Virus record (IMG/VR): IMGVR_UViG_3300026484_000053 | Coordinates: 129,701 to 193,700 of that record | Direction: 5' to 3' (one strand) | Length of the DNA: 64,000 nt | DNA from: a virus | Shown here: positions 51,309 through 61,342 of the stretch, in pieces | How positions within the stretch are numbered: position 1 is the stretch's first letter | How the letters are laid out: every line of letters starts with the position of its first letter | The notes under the pieces: generated by a model | Database searches by the model: none | What the model saw: the letters and a program-made list of their open reading frames with translations, nothing else | What the model was told of the DNA's origin: nothing | Position numbers and translations under genes: made by a program

Positions 51309-53231
51309 ATGGATAAAGAATTAAAAGACCAAGTTGTTAAAAAACTATCTGAAAAAGATCACATTCTCCAAAGAAGTGGAATGTACTTAGGTTCAAGTAC
51401 GACAGAGATAAAAGATGAATATATTTTAATTAAAGAAGATAATATCAGAAAGTTTAAACAAGTTAAACTTTCATACGTTCCTGGTTTAATAAAAATAATG
51501 AATGAGCTGATAGATAATTCTATAGATGAATACGTTAGAACTAACGGAACTTTTGCCACTAAAATAGATATTACACTTGACAACTCAACATTCTCTATAA
51601 GAGATAATGGAAGAGGTATTCCAGTTACCGAAGTAGAAGACGAACATAAAAACGTGCTGTACCAACCTGAATTAGCTTGGTGTCATGCGAGAGCTGGTTC
51701 AAATTTTGATGACGAAGTTTCAACTACTATAGGAACATACGGCGTAGGAAGTATGATATCTTCAGTTTTTAGTACAGAATTTACTGGTGTTTCAAACGAC
51801 GGTAAATTAAAATGCACAGTTAATTGCAAAGATAATAATAATACTATTAAAACTACTACAGCTAAAGCTGCAGGCCAAAGAGGCGTAGCTGTAACTATTA
51901 AGCCAGATTTAAAGAGATTTGGCTTGGATAAAATAGATGAAAGTCATATAAAGATGATAGAGAGAAGATTATACTATCTAAGTGTTTCATACCCACAAAT
52001 AACTTTTAAAATGAATGGCGAAAAAATCAGAGTTAAAGGAAAAGACTTCTTTAAAATGTTTGGTAATGAAGATGAAATTACTATTGAAGAAAATGAAAAT
52101 TTCTTAATAGCAATAATGCCAAGCGTTAACGACGAATTCCAACACTTTAGTTTAATGAACGGTTTAAATCTTGACGGCGGCGGCTCGCATATAGAATACA
52201 TATCTAACAGTATAACTTACCAAGTAAGAGAAAAACTTTTAAAGAAGCATAAAACTATTAAGCCCGCAGATGTTAAACGTAAATTATTTGTTCTAACTAT
52301 AATGAAAAACTTCGCTGCTCCTAAGTACGATAGTCAAACAAAAGAACGATTAACTAATAGTACTAAAGAAATTACAGATTATTTCACTGATCTTGATATG
52401 GACAGGTTAGTTAAAAAAGTACAGTATAATAAAACAATTATATCTTCTATTACTGATTACTTTAAAATAGCTGAAGCTTTTAAAAAGCAACAAGAGTTAA
52501 AAGCTATGGATAAGAAAACAACTAAAAAACCTAAAGACGATAATCTTATACCGCCAATTGGTCAATGGAATAGATTATTTTTAAGTGAAGGTCTATCAGC
52601 TAATGACTCTATAGCAAGTATACTTGGTAGAGAAGGTAACGGATTCTATGCTATGATGGGCTTACCTGTTAATGCTTACAGTGCACCAATTGAAACCATT
52701 ATTAAATCTGATAAATTAAAAGCGCTGCAAGCGATCATCGGATTGAAATATGGTGCAGAACATCAGCAAGATATTAACTTTAACGAGATAATACTTGCTA
52801 CCGATCAGGATCTAGCCGGATATAATATACGTGCTTTACTAATCGGTACATTCTATAGGTTTGCCAGAAACCTAATAGAAGACGGTAAGATAAAAATACT
52901 TAACACACCACTGTTCGTTTGTACTAAGAAAAGCGACAGGTCTGAAAAGCTTCAAGATTGGTTCTATAGCTTTGAAGAGCAAAGAGCACATGAGAAAAAG
53001 CACGGAGACAAGTTTATATACGCTTATAAAAAAGGTCTATCATCTTGGGATGCAAAAGGTGAACTTGATGTAGTAATCGAGAAAGCAGGTTTAGAGCCAA
53101 TGCTGCAGATACTTACGATAGAAGATGCAGAGAAAGATGCAGAGACTATAGATAACTGGTTAAGTGGATTAAACGCTGATATAAGAAAAGAAATGCTAGA
53201 AGGCTATGAGTTTTCTATCAATGCAATGTAG
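51309..53231 (+). CDS. gp39: Type IIA topoisomerase, ATPase/TOPRIM subunit (gp39+gp60-like)
   Basis: ELIDNSIDE, DNGRGIP, AGSNFDD, G.YGVG, SEGLSA, DQD, KKGL. Confidence 0.95.
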   Translation: MDKELKDQVVKKLSEKDHILQRSGMYLGSSTTEIKDEYILIKEDNIRKFKQVKLSYVPGLIKIMNELIDNSIDEYVRTNGTFATKIDITLDNSTFSIRDNGRGIPVTEVEDEHKNVLYQPELAWCHARAGSNFDDEVSTTIGTYGVGSMISSVFSTEFTGVSNDGKLKCTVNCKDNNNTIKTTTAKAAGQRGVAVTIKPDLKRFGLDKIDESHIKMIERRLYYLSVSYPQITFKMNGEKIRVKGKDFFKMFGNEDEITIEENENFLIAIMPSVNDEFQHFSLMNGLNLDGGGSHIEYISNSITYQVREKLLKKHKTIKPADVKRKLFVLTIMKNFAAPKYDSQTKERLTNSTKEITDYFTDLDMDRLVKKVQYNKTIISSITDYFKIAEAFKKQQELKAMDKKTTKKPKDDNLIPPIGQWNRLFLSEGLSANDSIASILGREGNGFYAMMGLPVNAYSAPIETIIKSDKLKALQAIIGLKYGAEHQQDINFNEIILATDQDLAGYNIRALLIGTFYRFARNLIEDGKIKILNTPLFVCTKKSDRSEKLQDWFYSFEEQRAHEKKHGDKFIYAYKKGLSSWDAKGELDVVIEKAGLEPMLQILTIEDAEKDAETIDNWLSGLNADIRKEMLEGYEFSINAM

Positions 53232-53269
53232 TACTTGCTAAGTATAATATACACAAATAAAGGATAAAA

Positions 53270-54616
53270 ATGGAAGATAAATCATTATCATTAACAAATT
53301 TCTTCGCTGAGTATTACAAACCGTTTGCTCAGAACAAGAACTTCTCAAGTATAGCGTCGTTAGTAGATGGATTAAAGCCAACTGCTAGAAAAGCTGTGCA
53401 TACAGTACAAGATAATAATATAACAACTTGGATGAAAGTTGAAGGACTTGCTAACTTAACAGCTGGTAAAACAGAATATTTAGGTGGTGCAGGAAATATA
53501 TCAGGAGTAATTGCTGGTATAACGAAAACATATACTGGTTCAAATAACTACCCAATGTTTGAAGGTAAAGGTAACTTTGGTAGAAGACTTATACCTAGAC
53601 CAGGCGAACCAAGATATATTTTAGCTAGAAAGAATGCTAAAGACGGAATGTTTATTGATACCGATAAGAATATTCTTATAGAGCAAATATTTGAAGGTAC
53701 TGTGATTGAACCAAGATTTTACGTACCTACTTTACCACTAATTCTTATTAACTCAAATGAAGGATTGGGATCAGGACATAGCCAGAATATTTATTGTAGA
53801 TTAATGAAAGATATTAAAAAAGCTACTATTAGCTTCATTAAAACAGGTAAAGTAGCTATACCTGTTCCTAATTGGAATGGATTTACTGGAACAGTAAAAA
53901 GAGGCGAAAGACAGAATCAGTATATTGTAACTGGTTGCTTTAGCTTAACTAAGAATATTGTTAAAGTATCTGAAATACCAGTAGGATTAAGTTTACTGCA
54001 ATACACAAAGAAACTTGATAAATTAGTAGAGAAAAGGGTTATACAGAGTTACTCTGACAAGTCTTGTACTAAGAAGGATATATTTAATATAGAAGTAAAA
54101 CTGCCGAAAGGCTTTGACGTAAGTGACGAAAATATTATAAAAGTTTTAGGTTTAAGCGCGTCAATAACAGAAAATCTTACTTGTATAGACGAGAATAATG
54201 CTGTTAAAAGATTCGAATCTCCTGAAGATGTTTTCTTGCAGTATGCTGATGTTAAGCTTAAATTTATCCAAAAGAGAAAGGATTTTCTTATAGATCAACT
54301 TCAACGAAAGATAAATGTAAACGCTGCAAAATACGTGTTTATATCAGCAGTTGTTAACGATAAAATAATAATTTCAAAAAAGACTAAAGAGCAAATAAAC
54401 TTGCAAATTGAGAAAAATGAAAACGTTGATAAAATAGTGAAAATAGACGGCTCTTGGGATTACTTGCTTAGAATGCCTATGCACAGTCTTACTAATGAGA
54501 AGATTAAATCACTTAAAGAAGAAATCCAAATAGGAAAAGCAGAGCTTAAAGAAATGAAGATTAAAGATACTAAAGATATTTGGTTAGAAGAAGTACAAGC
54601 TGTAAAAGTTAGCTAG
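53270..54616 (+). CDS. gp52: Type IIA topoisomerase, breakage-reunion subunit (gp52-like)
   Basis: DGLKPTARK, GNFG, PRY catalytic Tyr, YLLRMP. Confidence 0.93.
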   Translation: MEDKSLSLTNFFAEYYKPFAQNKNFSSIASLVDGLKPTARKAVHTVQDNNITTWMKVEGLANLTAGKTEYLGGAGNISGVIAGITKTYTGSNNYPMFEGKGNFGRRLIPRPGEPRYILARKNAKDGMFIDTDKNILIEQIFEGTVIEPRFYVPTLPLILINSNEGLGSGHSQNIYCRLMKDIKKATISFIKTGKVAIPVPNWNGFTGTVKRGERQNQYIVTGCFSLTKNIVKVSEIPVGLSLLQYTKKLDKLVEKRVIQSYSDKSCTKKDIFNIEVKLPKGFDVSDENIIKVLGLSASITENLTCIDENNAVKRFESPEDVFLQYADVKLKFIQKRKDFLIDQLQRKINVNAAKYVFISAVVNDKIIISKKTKEQINLQIEKNENVDKIVKIDGSWDYLLRMPMHSLTNEKIKSLKEEIQIGKAELKEMKIKDTKDIWLEEVQAVKVS

Positions 54617-54625
54617 CTTAGACAC

Positions 54626-54658
54626 TTTAATATTACTTTAATCTTAATGTGTTATAAT
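54626..54658 (+). promoter_or_regulatory. RpoD-type promoter
   Basis: TTTAAT at 54626 and 54637; TGTTATAAT at 54650. Confidence 0.7.
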
Positions 54659-54697
54659 ACTTATAGATGAACATTAAAAAAATAAAGGATTATAAAG

Positions 54698-54838
54698 ATG
54701 AACATTAAAAAATATACAAGAATAATTAATATGGCTGCACTTGATAAAGCAATGACAAGAAAATACGGTGTAAATTGGAGAGAATTACCTCAAATGATTA
54801 ATACTTATGGTAGAGAACAATTAGGACTAGGTAAGTAG
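54698..54838 (+). CDS. 46-aa hypothetical protein
   Basis: Hand-translated MNIKKYTRIINMAALDKAM...; AAGGA SD. Confidence 0.55.
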   Translation: MNIKKYTRIINMAALDKAMTRKYGVNWRELPQMINTYGREQLGLGK

Positions 54839-54839
54839 T

Positions 54840-55313
54840 ATGTTAAAAGATTACGTACTAGCTCAAGAAATGAGTGCTTTAAGTGGCCTGTCTATGAGTA
54901 ATTTTAGTCAATACATTAACAACAGTAATCTTCAAGAAGGATATCATTATCTTAAATTTGGACCTGTTGTAATGTTTAATAAGAAAAATTGTGACTTTCC
55001 AAATGGATTAAAGTTTGTTAACGAAAGAGAAGATGAGTTTACAGACTTAAGCGATCTTTACCCTATGAACTATTTTCAGAATATGTTTGAGAATAACATT
55101 AGTAATATTAAAGACATGTATGAAGTTGTATTTGTTGAAGGTAAAAAGTTTATTAAGCCAAATGAAGAATTAAAAAATATTCTTAGCGAAGAATACGTTA
55201 AAAGCGTTGTAATGAATTGCGAGATTGAAGAGCTTTACGCTAAAGACTACATTGTAGGTCATATAGAGCTTACTCCTAAAAAGAGTATTTGCTGGTACGA
55301 GACAATATCATGA
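54840..55313 (+). CDS. Hypothetical protein
   Basis: 157 aa, coupled. Confidence 0.6.
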   Translation: MLKDYVLAQEMSALSGLSMSNFSQYINNSNLQEGYHYLKFGPVVMFNKKNCDFPNGLKFVNEREDEFTDLSDLYPMNYFQNMFENNISNIKDMYEVVFVEGKKFIKPNEELKNILSEEYVKSVVMNCEIEELYAKDYIVGHIELTPKKSICWYETIS

Positions 55314-55915
55314 AAACTCTTATTTTAATAAACGGTAAGAAAAGACATGGCAAAGATTACTTATGTGATCTTTTAATTAAATTGTTAAGTACTAAATATG
55401 GAATAACAGCAGCAAGAGTAGCCTTTGCAGATCCTATTAAAGAGATTATAGCTGATACTTTTAACGTTTCTTTAGAAGAATTAGAAGACTTTAAAAATAA
55501 CGGCGACGTACTTTATGAAGGAAATGATAAATTAGAAATATCTTTTAGAACTATCTTACAAAGATTTGGTACTGAAGCGATGAAAAAGCAATTTGGTGAA
55601 AATGTTTGGGCTGATTTAGGCATTAACAGCGCTATAGAAATTGATAAAGATGTTGTTATTATACCTGATTTTAGGTTTGAAAGCGAGTATAACGCTGCTA
55701 TAACAAAAGCTTGTAAAGATGGAGCCTTTAATATTATAACTGTTAAAATTTATAACGACGATATAGTAAGTACAGATACTCATGCTAGCGAAACTGAATT
55801 AGATTCATTTAATTTTGACTTTAAAATTAATAATACAGCTAAACCGAAATTAACGCATTTAACACATGGCATTAACGCTATCTCTCAGTTGTGCTGTACT
55901 TCTGATTGTATTTAA
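55310..55915 (+). CDS. gp1: Deoxynucleoside monophosphate kinase (T4 gp1-like)
   Basis: GKKRHGKD, FADPIK, R..LQ.FGTE, DFRFESE; start moved to the ATGA overlap. Confidence 0.85.
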   Translation: MKTLILINGKKRHGKDYLCDLLIKLLSTKYGITAARVAFADPIKEIIADTFNVSLEELEDFKNNGDVLYEGNDKLEISFRTILQRFGTEAMKKQFGENVWADLGINSAIEIDKDVVIIPDFRFESEYNAAITKACKDGAFNIITVKIYNDDIVSTDTHASETELDSFNFDFKINNTAKPKLTHLTHGINAISQLCCTSDCI

Positions 55916-55956
55916 TCTTCGCTTAATCTTATTATGTTATAATATATCTATAAATA
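55911..55956 (+). promoter_or_regulatory. Dual RpoD-type and late (TATAAATA) promoter
   Basis: TGTTATAAT at 55935; TATAAATA at 55949. Confidence 0.6.
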
Positions 55957-55986
55957 ATAATAATAATAAAATAGATAGGAACTAAT

Positions 55987-56730
55987 ATGAGAACATTTAG
56001 AAGTATAATACAAGAACATGAGCAAGAGAAAGAAGATAACAGATTCAGTGAGGAATTAGCTAATTGGTTAAACGAATTCCAAGAACCAGAATTCGTTTTT
56101 AAGACGTTTCGTGAGTATTTAAGAGAGTCGCCGCAATGGAACAATACAGACTGTAACTTCGGTCAGGAAACATTGCAAAAGATGATGGGTAATGAGGATT
56201 TCTTAGACGAATTTAGATGGAGTGCTATACAAGATCATAGAACTTTAGTAAATAAAGGAGATAGAAGAGCTAATAAGTTTATTATACAAACAAATGATTT
56301 AAGTAAAGCGTTTTTAGGACATTGTGACGATGGAATGTTTAAAATATTATCTGAATTAACTCACATGCAACCAAAAACGTATAAGGGAATTGGTACTGTT
56401 ACTGAAATTAAGACTGTTAATACGCATTCTAAGTTTAGGAATAATGGATTCGCCGCAGCTATATACAAAAGTGTACTATATGAAGGGACAGTATTAATGT
56501 CAGATGCTTTACAATATAAAGGTGCTGTTAAGATATGGAAGTCATTTGTAAACACTGAAGAAGGTAAGGAATGGCAATCTATGATAGACGATAAAAAAAT
56601 TAAAGTATCCTTATACGATAAATTAAAAAGCAAAGTGATATATGACGATATTACTGGTATGAAAGATGAAGACATATGGAGTTCGGACGCAAGTAAATCT
56701 GAATATAGGTTAGTAGCCGAATGGAAATAA
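55987..56730 (+). CDS. GNAT-like protein with a T4 internal-protein-like N-terminus
   Basis: MRTFRSIIQE; FRNNGFAAAIY...LMSDALQYKGAVKIW. Confidence 0.55.
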   Translation: MRTFRSIIQEHEQEKEDNRFSEELANWLNEFQEPEFVFKTFREYLRESPQWNNTDCNFGQETLQKMMGNEDFLDEFRWSAIQDHRTLVNKGDRRANKFIIQTNDLSKAFLGHCDDGMFKILSELTHMQPKTYKGIGTVTEIKTVNTHSKFRNNGFAAAIYKSVLYEGTVLMSDALQYKGAVKIWKSFVNTEEGKEWQSMIDDKKIKVSLYDKLKSKVIYDDITGMKDEDIWSSDASKSEYRLVAEWK

Positions 56731-56740
56731 AGGACATAAT

Positions 56741-57205
56741 ATGGAAAGACTAAAATTAATAGCATTAATGATGTTTATACTAATAATGCTAGGTATAGAC
56801 TTATACTCTAAAGATCGTAAAGAGCTATTAAAAGAGAATTTTAGTGTTAAGGAAATAATATCGGTATACGATGGCGACACGTTTAGAGCAGAACTTAACT
56901 GTAAGACTAAGTTCTTTTGCAATAACATGTCTATACGAGTGTACGGAATAGATACACCTGAGAAAAGAGGTGGTACAAAGACTGGAAGAGAAAAACACTT
57001 AGCACACCAAGCGCAACAGATAACAGAAGCTTTTGTTACAAGTGCTAATCCATTGTACTTAGATGATTGCATTAAAGGTAAATATTTTAGGCTCGTATGT
57101 AAAGTACGAAACGAAAAAGGAATTTATCTATCAGATATACTTTTAAAATATAACCTAGCCGTGCCGTATTTTGGAGGTACAAAAGTAAGAGACTGGAGCA
57201 GATAA
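56741..57205 (+). CDS. Thermonuclease (SNase-like)
   Basis: VYDGDTF, IRVYGIDTPE; N-terminal hydrophobic anchor. Confidence 0.88.
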   Translation: MERLKLIALMMFILIMLGIDLYSKDRKELLKENFSVKEIISVYDGDTFRAELNCKTKFFCNNMSIRVYGIDTPEKRGGTKTGREKHLAHQAQQITEAFVTSANPLYLDDCIKGKYFRLVCKVRNEKGIYLSDILLKYNLAVPYFGGTKVRDWSR

Positions 57206-57355
57206 TCTTTAGTTCTGCAAACGGTTTAGACATTTAATGTTATAATACCTTAGATTTAAAATATAACATATGTACCTCTTAGCATATCAATATTTTAAAT
57301 CAAACTCTGGCAATGAGTATAAATAATAATAAATTAACACAAATAAACTTAAGAG

Positions 57356-57418
57356 GTTTTAACGATGTAGATAGCTTTTGTAATGGCTCTATCTACATCG
57401 TTAAAACAGCCATTACAA
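57356..57418 (+). promoter_or_regulatory. Crossing inverted repeats in a gene leader
   Basis: 19-bp perfect IR 57356-57374/57389-57407; loop 57378-57388 complementary to 57408-57418. Confidence 0.6.
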
Positions 57419-57444
57419 GCGACTCTTATTAATAGGAGAAACAA

Positions 57445-59496
57445 ATGAATCAAACAAACCAAACCAAACAAACAAACCAAAAAATCAATCTTATAGCATC
57501 ACCACAATTCTTATACAACTCTCTTATCACATGTTCAAACCAAAACTCAAAAATTATAAACTCACAATCAATCAAATCAAATCAAAGAAAATCAACTGTA
57601 ATTAACAATATTAGTACTAACATAATTGACGTGTTTAATATACAGTTAAAAATGCGTTTAGATCGTACAATATACGCAAACGTTACTGATACTAATAGCC
57701 CATTTTATATAGATAACGAATACGAAAAAGCATATTCTGTAGATGATATAAAAGCAAATCTAACAAACGTTACAAACGGTATGAATATGTTTAATAACCT
57801 TTCTAAAAGAACAAGAATAGGTAATAATCTTGACAAAATAGGAGTATCTAGATATGTACTAGATGAGAGCATATACCTTTTAGAAACTAAAGATACTGTA
57901 TTCTTAAGATGCGACTCTAAAGAATACGCATATATATTAAAATTAATATCTTCATTAGTTAAAATTCAGCATAATAACGAGCTTAAAGAAGAGCACCTTA
58001 ACGAATACACTAAGATATATGATGAATTAGTGCAATCTAAAAACGACTTTAGTAGAAATTTAAGTCCTCAAAAGCAAAAATCAATTACAGTTAAGACTAA
58101 TAACGATATGCTTTTACAAGATCTTGAAGCTCAAATGCGTAAAAAGAGAAATTCTAAACGCAGTGTTGGTAAAACTTATTCTAAACATACTTTTATATAC
58201 GATAAAGACACATATAACGAACTAGCGCAGTATGTGAATACTTTAAGTGAAAGGGACGAAAGCGACGCAAAGAGACAGATATCTGAGATAACTAAAATAC
58301 TTAATCAGTCATATATTGAAGGTGGTAAGGCTCATCTTGATGTAATAAGAAGTACATCGTCTAAAAGTACTAGACAATTTGATCTTACAAACCAGATGTC
58401 TAAGTCTACAAGAAAAATTATGTTCAAAAACTATTATGAAATTGACTATAATAATTTTGCTTACAGCGTAATATACCATGAATTAAAAGCTGTTCTTGAT
58501 AAAAAGTACTTAAAATTAATTAAAAGCTACATTAATAACAGAGACATTTTATTTGATAAAGATAGTATGTTTGTAAGAACTATACTAAACCAATTTAAGA
58601 CCCAAGATGTATATAAAACAAGTGAATTAAATGACGACGAAATTATACAAAAGATAAGAGGTGACCTTAAACAAAATACTCTTTCTTATATGGCTGTAAC
58701 AGCTAAAAGCACAATAAACAAACACGGTCTTGGTCTTTCACTACACGACTCTGTACTTATAGATATTATTAATAATGCTATTAAAAGTACGCAGCAGTTT
58801 AAAGTTTTAAACCAAACTATGACTATTATTGATAAAGAACTAAGAAAATTAAACCTTATTAGTGATAGCGAAAACATGATGACTCTTTTCATGAAATACG
58901 AGACAAATCACAGAAAAAGACTAATAAAATCAATAAAAGAGTCATGTAATGGATTTATGAGCAATTCTATTATAGAAATACATGACGCAATCCTTGTTAA
59001 CGCACCGATAGATTTAATTAAAAAGGGTGTAGCTAACTATACTAAAGACGGTATATCTGTTTCAATCGAAAAAATAACAACACAAGAGGCGCAAGAGGCG
59101 CAAGAATCGAAAGGGACGGAAAAAAACAAAAAAACAAAAAAAATTCAAATCATTAAACCGTCACTAGCCCATGTTAAAGGGACAACAATGTCAGACAAGC
59201 TGACATTATTAAGCACCGCTGGAAAGACAAGCCTTTCCACCGCTGCTTTTAACCATAAATATAGTAATGATAATAGTAATGGTAATAGCAATAAAGATAA
59301 TAAAGATAATAAAGATATTTTATCTAATTGTATTATGCTTAATAAAGACCTAATAAGTATCTATTCTATAGTAACCCATAGTTCGAAAACAGAGTTTGAT
59401 GTATATAAATTTAATGCAGCGCAAGTTTTCGTTAAAAGTAAGTTCCAAAAGGTAGTAAATAAAGTCAAAAAAGAAAGCCTTTTATTTTTAAATTGA
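57445..59496 (+). CDS. Divergent family-A polymerase-like protein (TV-Pol-like)
   Basis: YEIDYNN (motif A-like), RGDLKQNTLSY (B-like), IHDAILV (C-like); low-complexity termini. Confidence 0.55.
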   Translation: MNQTNQTKQTNQKINLIASPQFLYNSLITCSNQNSKIINSQSIKSNQRKSTVINNISTNIIDVFNIQLKMRLDRTIYANVTDTNSPFYIDNEYEKAYSVDDIKANLTNVTNGMNMFNNLSKRTRIGNNLDKIGVSRYVLDESIYLLETKDTVFLRCDSKEYAYILKLISSLVKIQHNNELKEEHLNEYTKIYDELVQSKNDFSRNLSPQKQKSITVKTNNDMLLQDLEAQMRKKRNSKRSVGKTYSKHTFIYDKDTYNELAQYVNTLSERDESDAKRQISEITKILNQSYIEGGKAHLDVIRSTSSKSTRQFDLTNQMSKSTRKIMFKNYYEIDYNNFAYSVIYHELKAVLDKKYLKLIKSYINNRDILFDKDSMFVRTILNQFKTQDVYKTSELNDDEIIQKIRGDLKQNTLSYMAVTAKSTINKHGLGLSLHDSVLIDIINNAIKSTQQFKVLNQTMTIIDKELRKLNLISDSENMMTLFMKYETNHRKRLIKSIKESCNGFMSNSIIEIHDAILVNAPIDLIKKGVANYTKDGISVSIEKITTQEAQEAQESKGTEKNKKTKKIQIIKPSLAHVKGTTMSDKLTLLSTAGKTSLSTAAFNHKYSNDNSNGNSNKDNKDNKDILSNCIMLNKDLISIYSIVTHSSKTEFDVYKFNAAQVFVKSKFQKVVNKVKKESLLFLN

Positions 59497-59561
59497 CTTT
59501 AAATTGACTTTAAATGTAAATATTTGCAAATACTTATGCATAAAAGGCTATAGAAGGGTAA

Positions 59562-59594
59562 TTTAATCTCTTTTTAATCCTACTGTGTTATAAT
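59562..59594 (+). promoter_or_regulatory. RpoD-type promoter
   Basis: TTTAAT at 59562 and 59573; TGTTATAAT at 59586. Confidence 0.7.
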
Positions 59595-59635
59595 ATAAAT
59601 AATACTTAAATATTATTTAAATAAAGGATTATAAT

Positions 59636-60553
59636 ATGCCGCAAATGTACTGTGATTTCGCACCAAAACTATTCAAAGAATTTACTTCTATGAAAGTAAA
59701 AATAAAACCTCAAATATCAGATGATTGGAAGATTATTCCGCAAAGATATGGTAAAATAGGTGGATTTTCTCTTAAATCTAATAAACTTAATCAACAAGTA
59801 GCTGATATAGATGTTTTAAGATTTCTTAAATTCTGCGAAAGACAAGATGTGCTTATTAAAGGATTAAACTTAAAAGGCGAATACATCATAGGTAATGACC
59901 GTTCTGTTTACACAAAAGATATGTATAACGATTGGAAAGAGAAATATCATAAAAGAACAGAAATAATTATCCCTAAAAAGGATTATATTGCAGGTCACGA
60001 ATATCTCACAGCGTGCGGAGCTAAAGTTACATATCTTGGTAAACGTTACGTGTCTAGTATGAAGCCACCTAGTAACTCAAACTCAAACCCAATTGACAGT
60101 ATTTCTAAGATAGCATTAAAATACTATGTTATTAGTGGAAATTACGTAACAGAACTTAAACAAAAATTAATAATGGATCTTACTATTGAAGGAAACGCTA
60201 CGCCGTTTCCTGATGCAGATGAAGAACTTCAAACGAGACTTGAATCAAATAAGCAATTTGTTTATATAGGCATTACGAAACCTAGTTTAGAAGAATACGA
60301 GACGTATGAAAAAGAACTTAATGAAAATGCGACATTTTATTATTTTGATACTAAAACCCAAAAAATGCAGTACAGAGATACTTATAACTCGTTTTTATGT
60401 AAGTGTTGCTTCTTTTCAAATGAGAAGCACGCTAGAACAAGAACTTATAATAGAGGTAACTTTTCAGTCCAGTATGATTGTTATTATTTACAAGGATATT
60501 ATAACAGGGTAGAAATAACTAATATTTATGGTATAAGAATTAAGGAGCAATAA
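59636..60553 (+). CDS. Hypothetical protein
   Basis: 305 aa; AAGGA SD. Confidence 0.65.
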   Translation: MPQMYCDFAPKLFKEFTSMKVKIKPQISDDWKIIPQRYGKIGGFSLKSNKLNQQVADIDVLRFLKFCERQDVLIKGLNLKGEYIIGNDRSVYTKDMYNDWKEKYHKRTEIIIPKKDYIAGHEYLTACGAKVTYLGKRYVSSMKPPSNSNSNPIDSISKIALKYYVISGNYVTELKQKLIMDLTIEGNATPFPDADEELQTRLESNKQFVYIGITKPSLEEYETYEKELNENATFYYFDTKTQKMQYRDTYNSFLCKCCFFSNEKHARTRTYNRGNFSVQYDCYYLQGYYNRVEITNIYGIRIKEQ

Positions 60554-60626
60554 GCTATGTATAAAAATTATTATTTTAACTCAATAGAAGTACAAATTTA
60601 AACTTCACAGTGACAAACAACACAGT

Positions 60627-60653
60627 GTCTCGTTACTATATTGATAACGAGAC
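60627..60653. other. Perfect 9-bp hairpin (possible terminator or processing site)
   Basis: gtctcgtta-9 nt-taacgagac; no U-tract. Confidence 0.45.
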
Positions 60654-60753
60654 GTAAAGTAATATGATTTAGGCTTGTGCAGTACAGACAAGTTAGACTA
60701 TAGTACTTCATATCAAATAGATTAAAATAGATCTTATAGATTGATAAGTGCTC

Positions 60754-60786
60754 TTTAATACCCCTTTAATACTAAAATGATATAAT
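60754..60786 (+). promoter_or_regulatory. RpoD-type promoter
   Basis: TTTAAT at 60754 and 60765; TGATATAAT at 60778. Confidence 0.7.
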
Positions 60787-60842
60787 ATACTATCTAAAAA
60801 GTTAGATACAACAACACAACAATACAATAAGAAAGATACAAC

Positions 60843-61079
60843 ATGACAATTAACCCAGAAATTACAAACGACTTTAAAAACGAAATAGAAACATTTGCTA
60901 AAACACTTTTATTTACTATTGAAACAGGTGGTAAATTACCAAAGCATAACACGCAAGATATACTTAAAAAGTATATCCAAAGAAGCACAATAGAACTTAA
61001 AAAACACCACGTACCTCACAACAGAGCTAAAGCACTTTCAAAGCAAACTTTAGAAGATGTTTTAAAAGAAATAATGTAA
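60843..61079 (+). CDS. Hypothetical protein (78 aa)
   Basis: Downstream of a promoter. Confidence 0.55.
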   Translation: MTINPEITNDFKNEIETFAKTLLFTIETGGKLPKHNTQDILKKYIQRSTIELKKHHVPHNRAKALSKQTLEDVLKEIM

Positions 61080-61342
61080 ACATGTAAACATGTCAAAAGC
61101 TAAAATAAAACAAGTAACTAAATTCGAGTATAATGGAAAAATTATACGACAGTGTAGAAGAAGCAAATGCTGAGCACAAAATGCTTTGTAATTAAAAAAT
61201 TACGAGCAAGTTTAATAACGACAAAGAAATAATACATAATATTACATCACTAAGTAATAATGAATTAAACTTGCTTAGACAATATATTCACAACAACCAT
61301 AACGATTGTAAGAACTACAGTGATTCTAGTAAATGATAAAAT

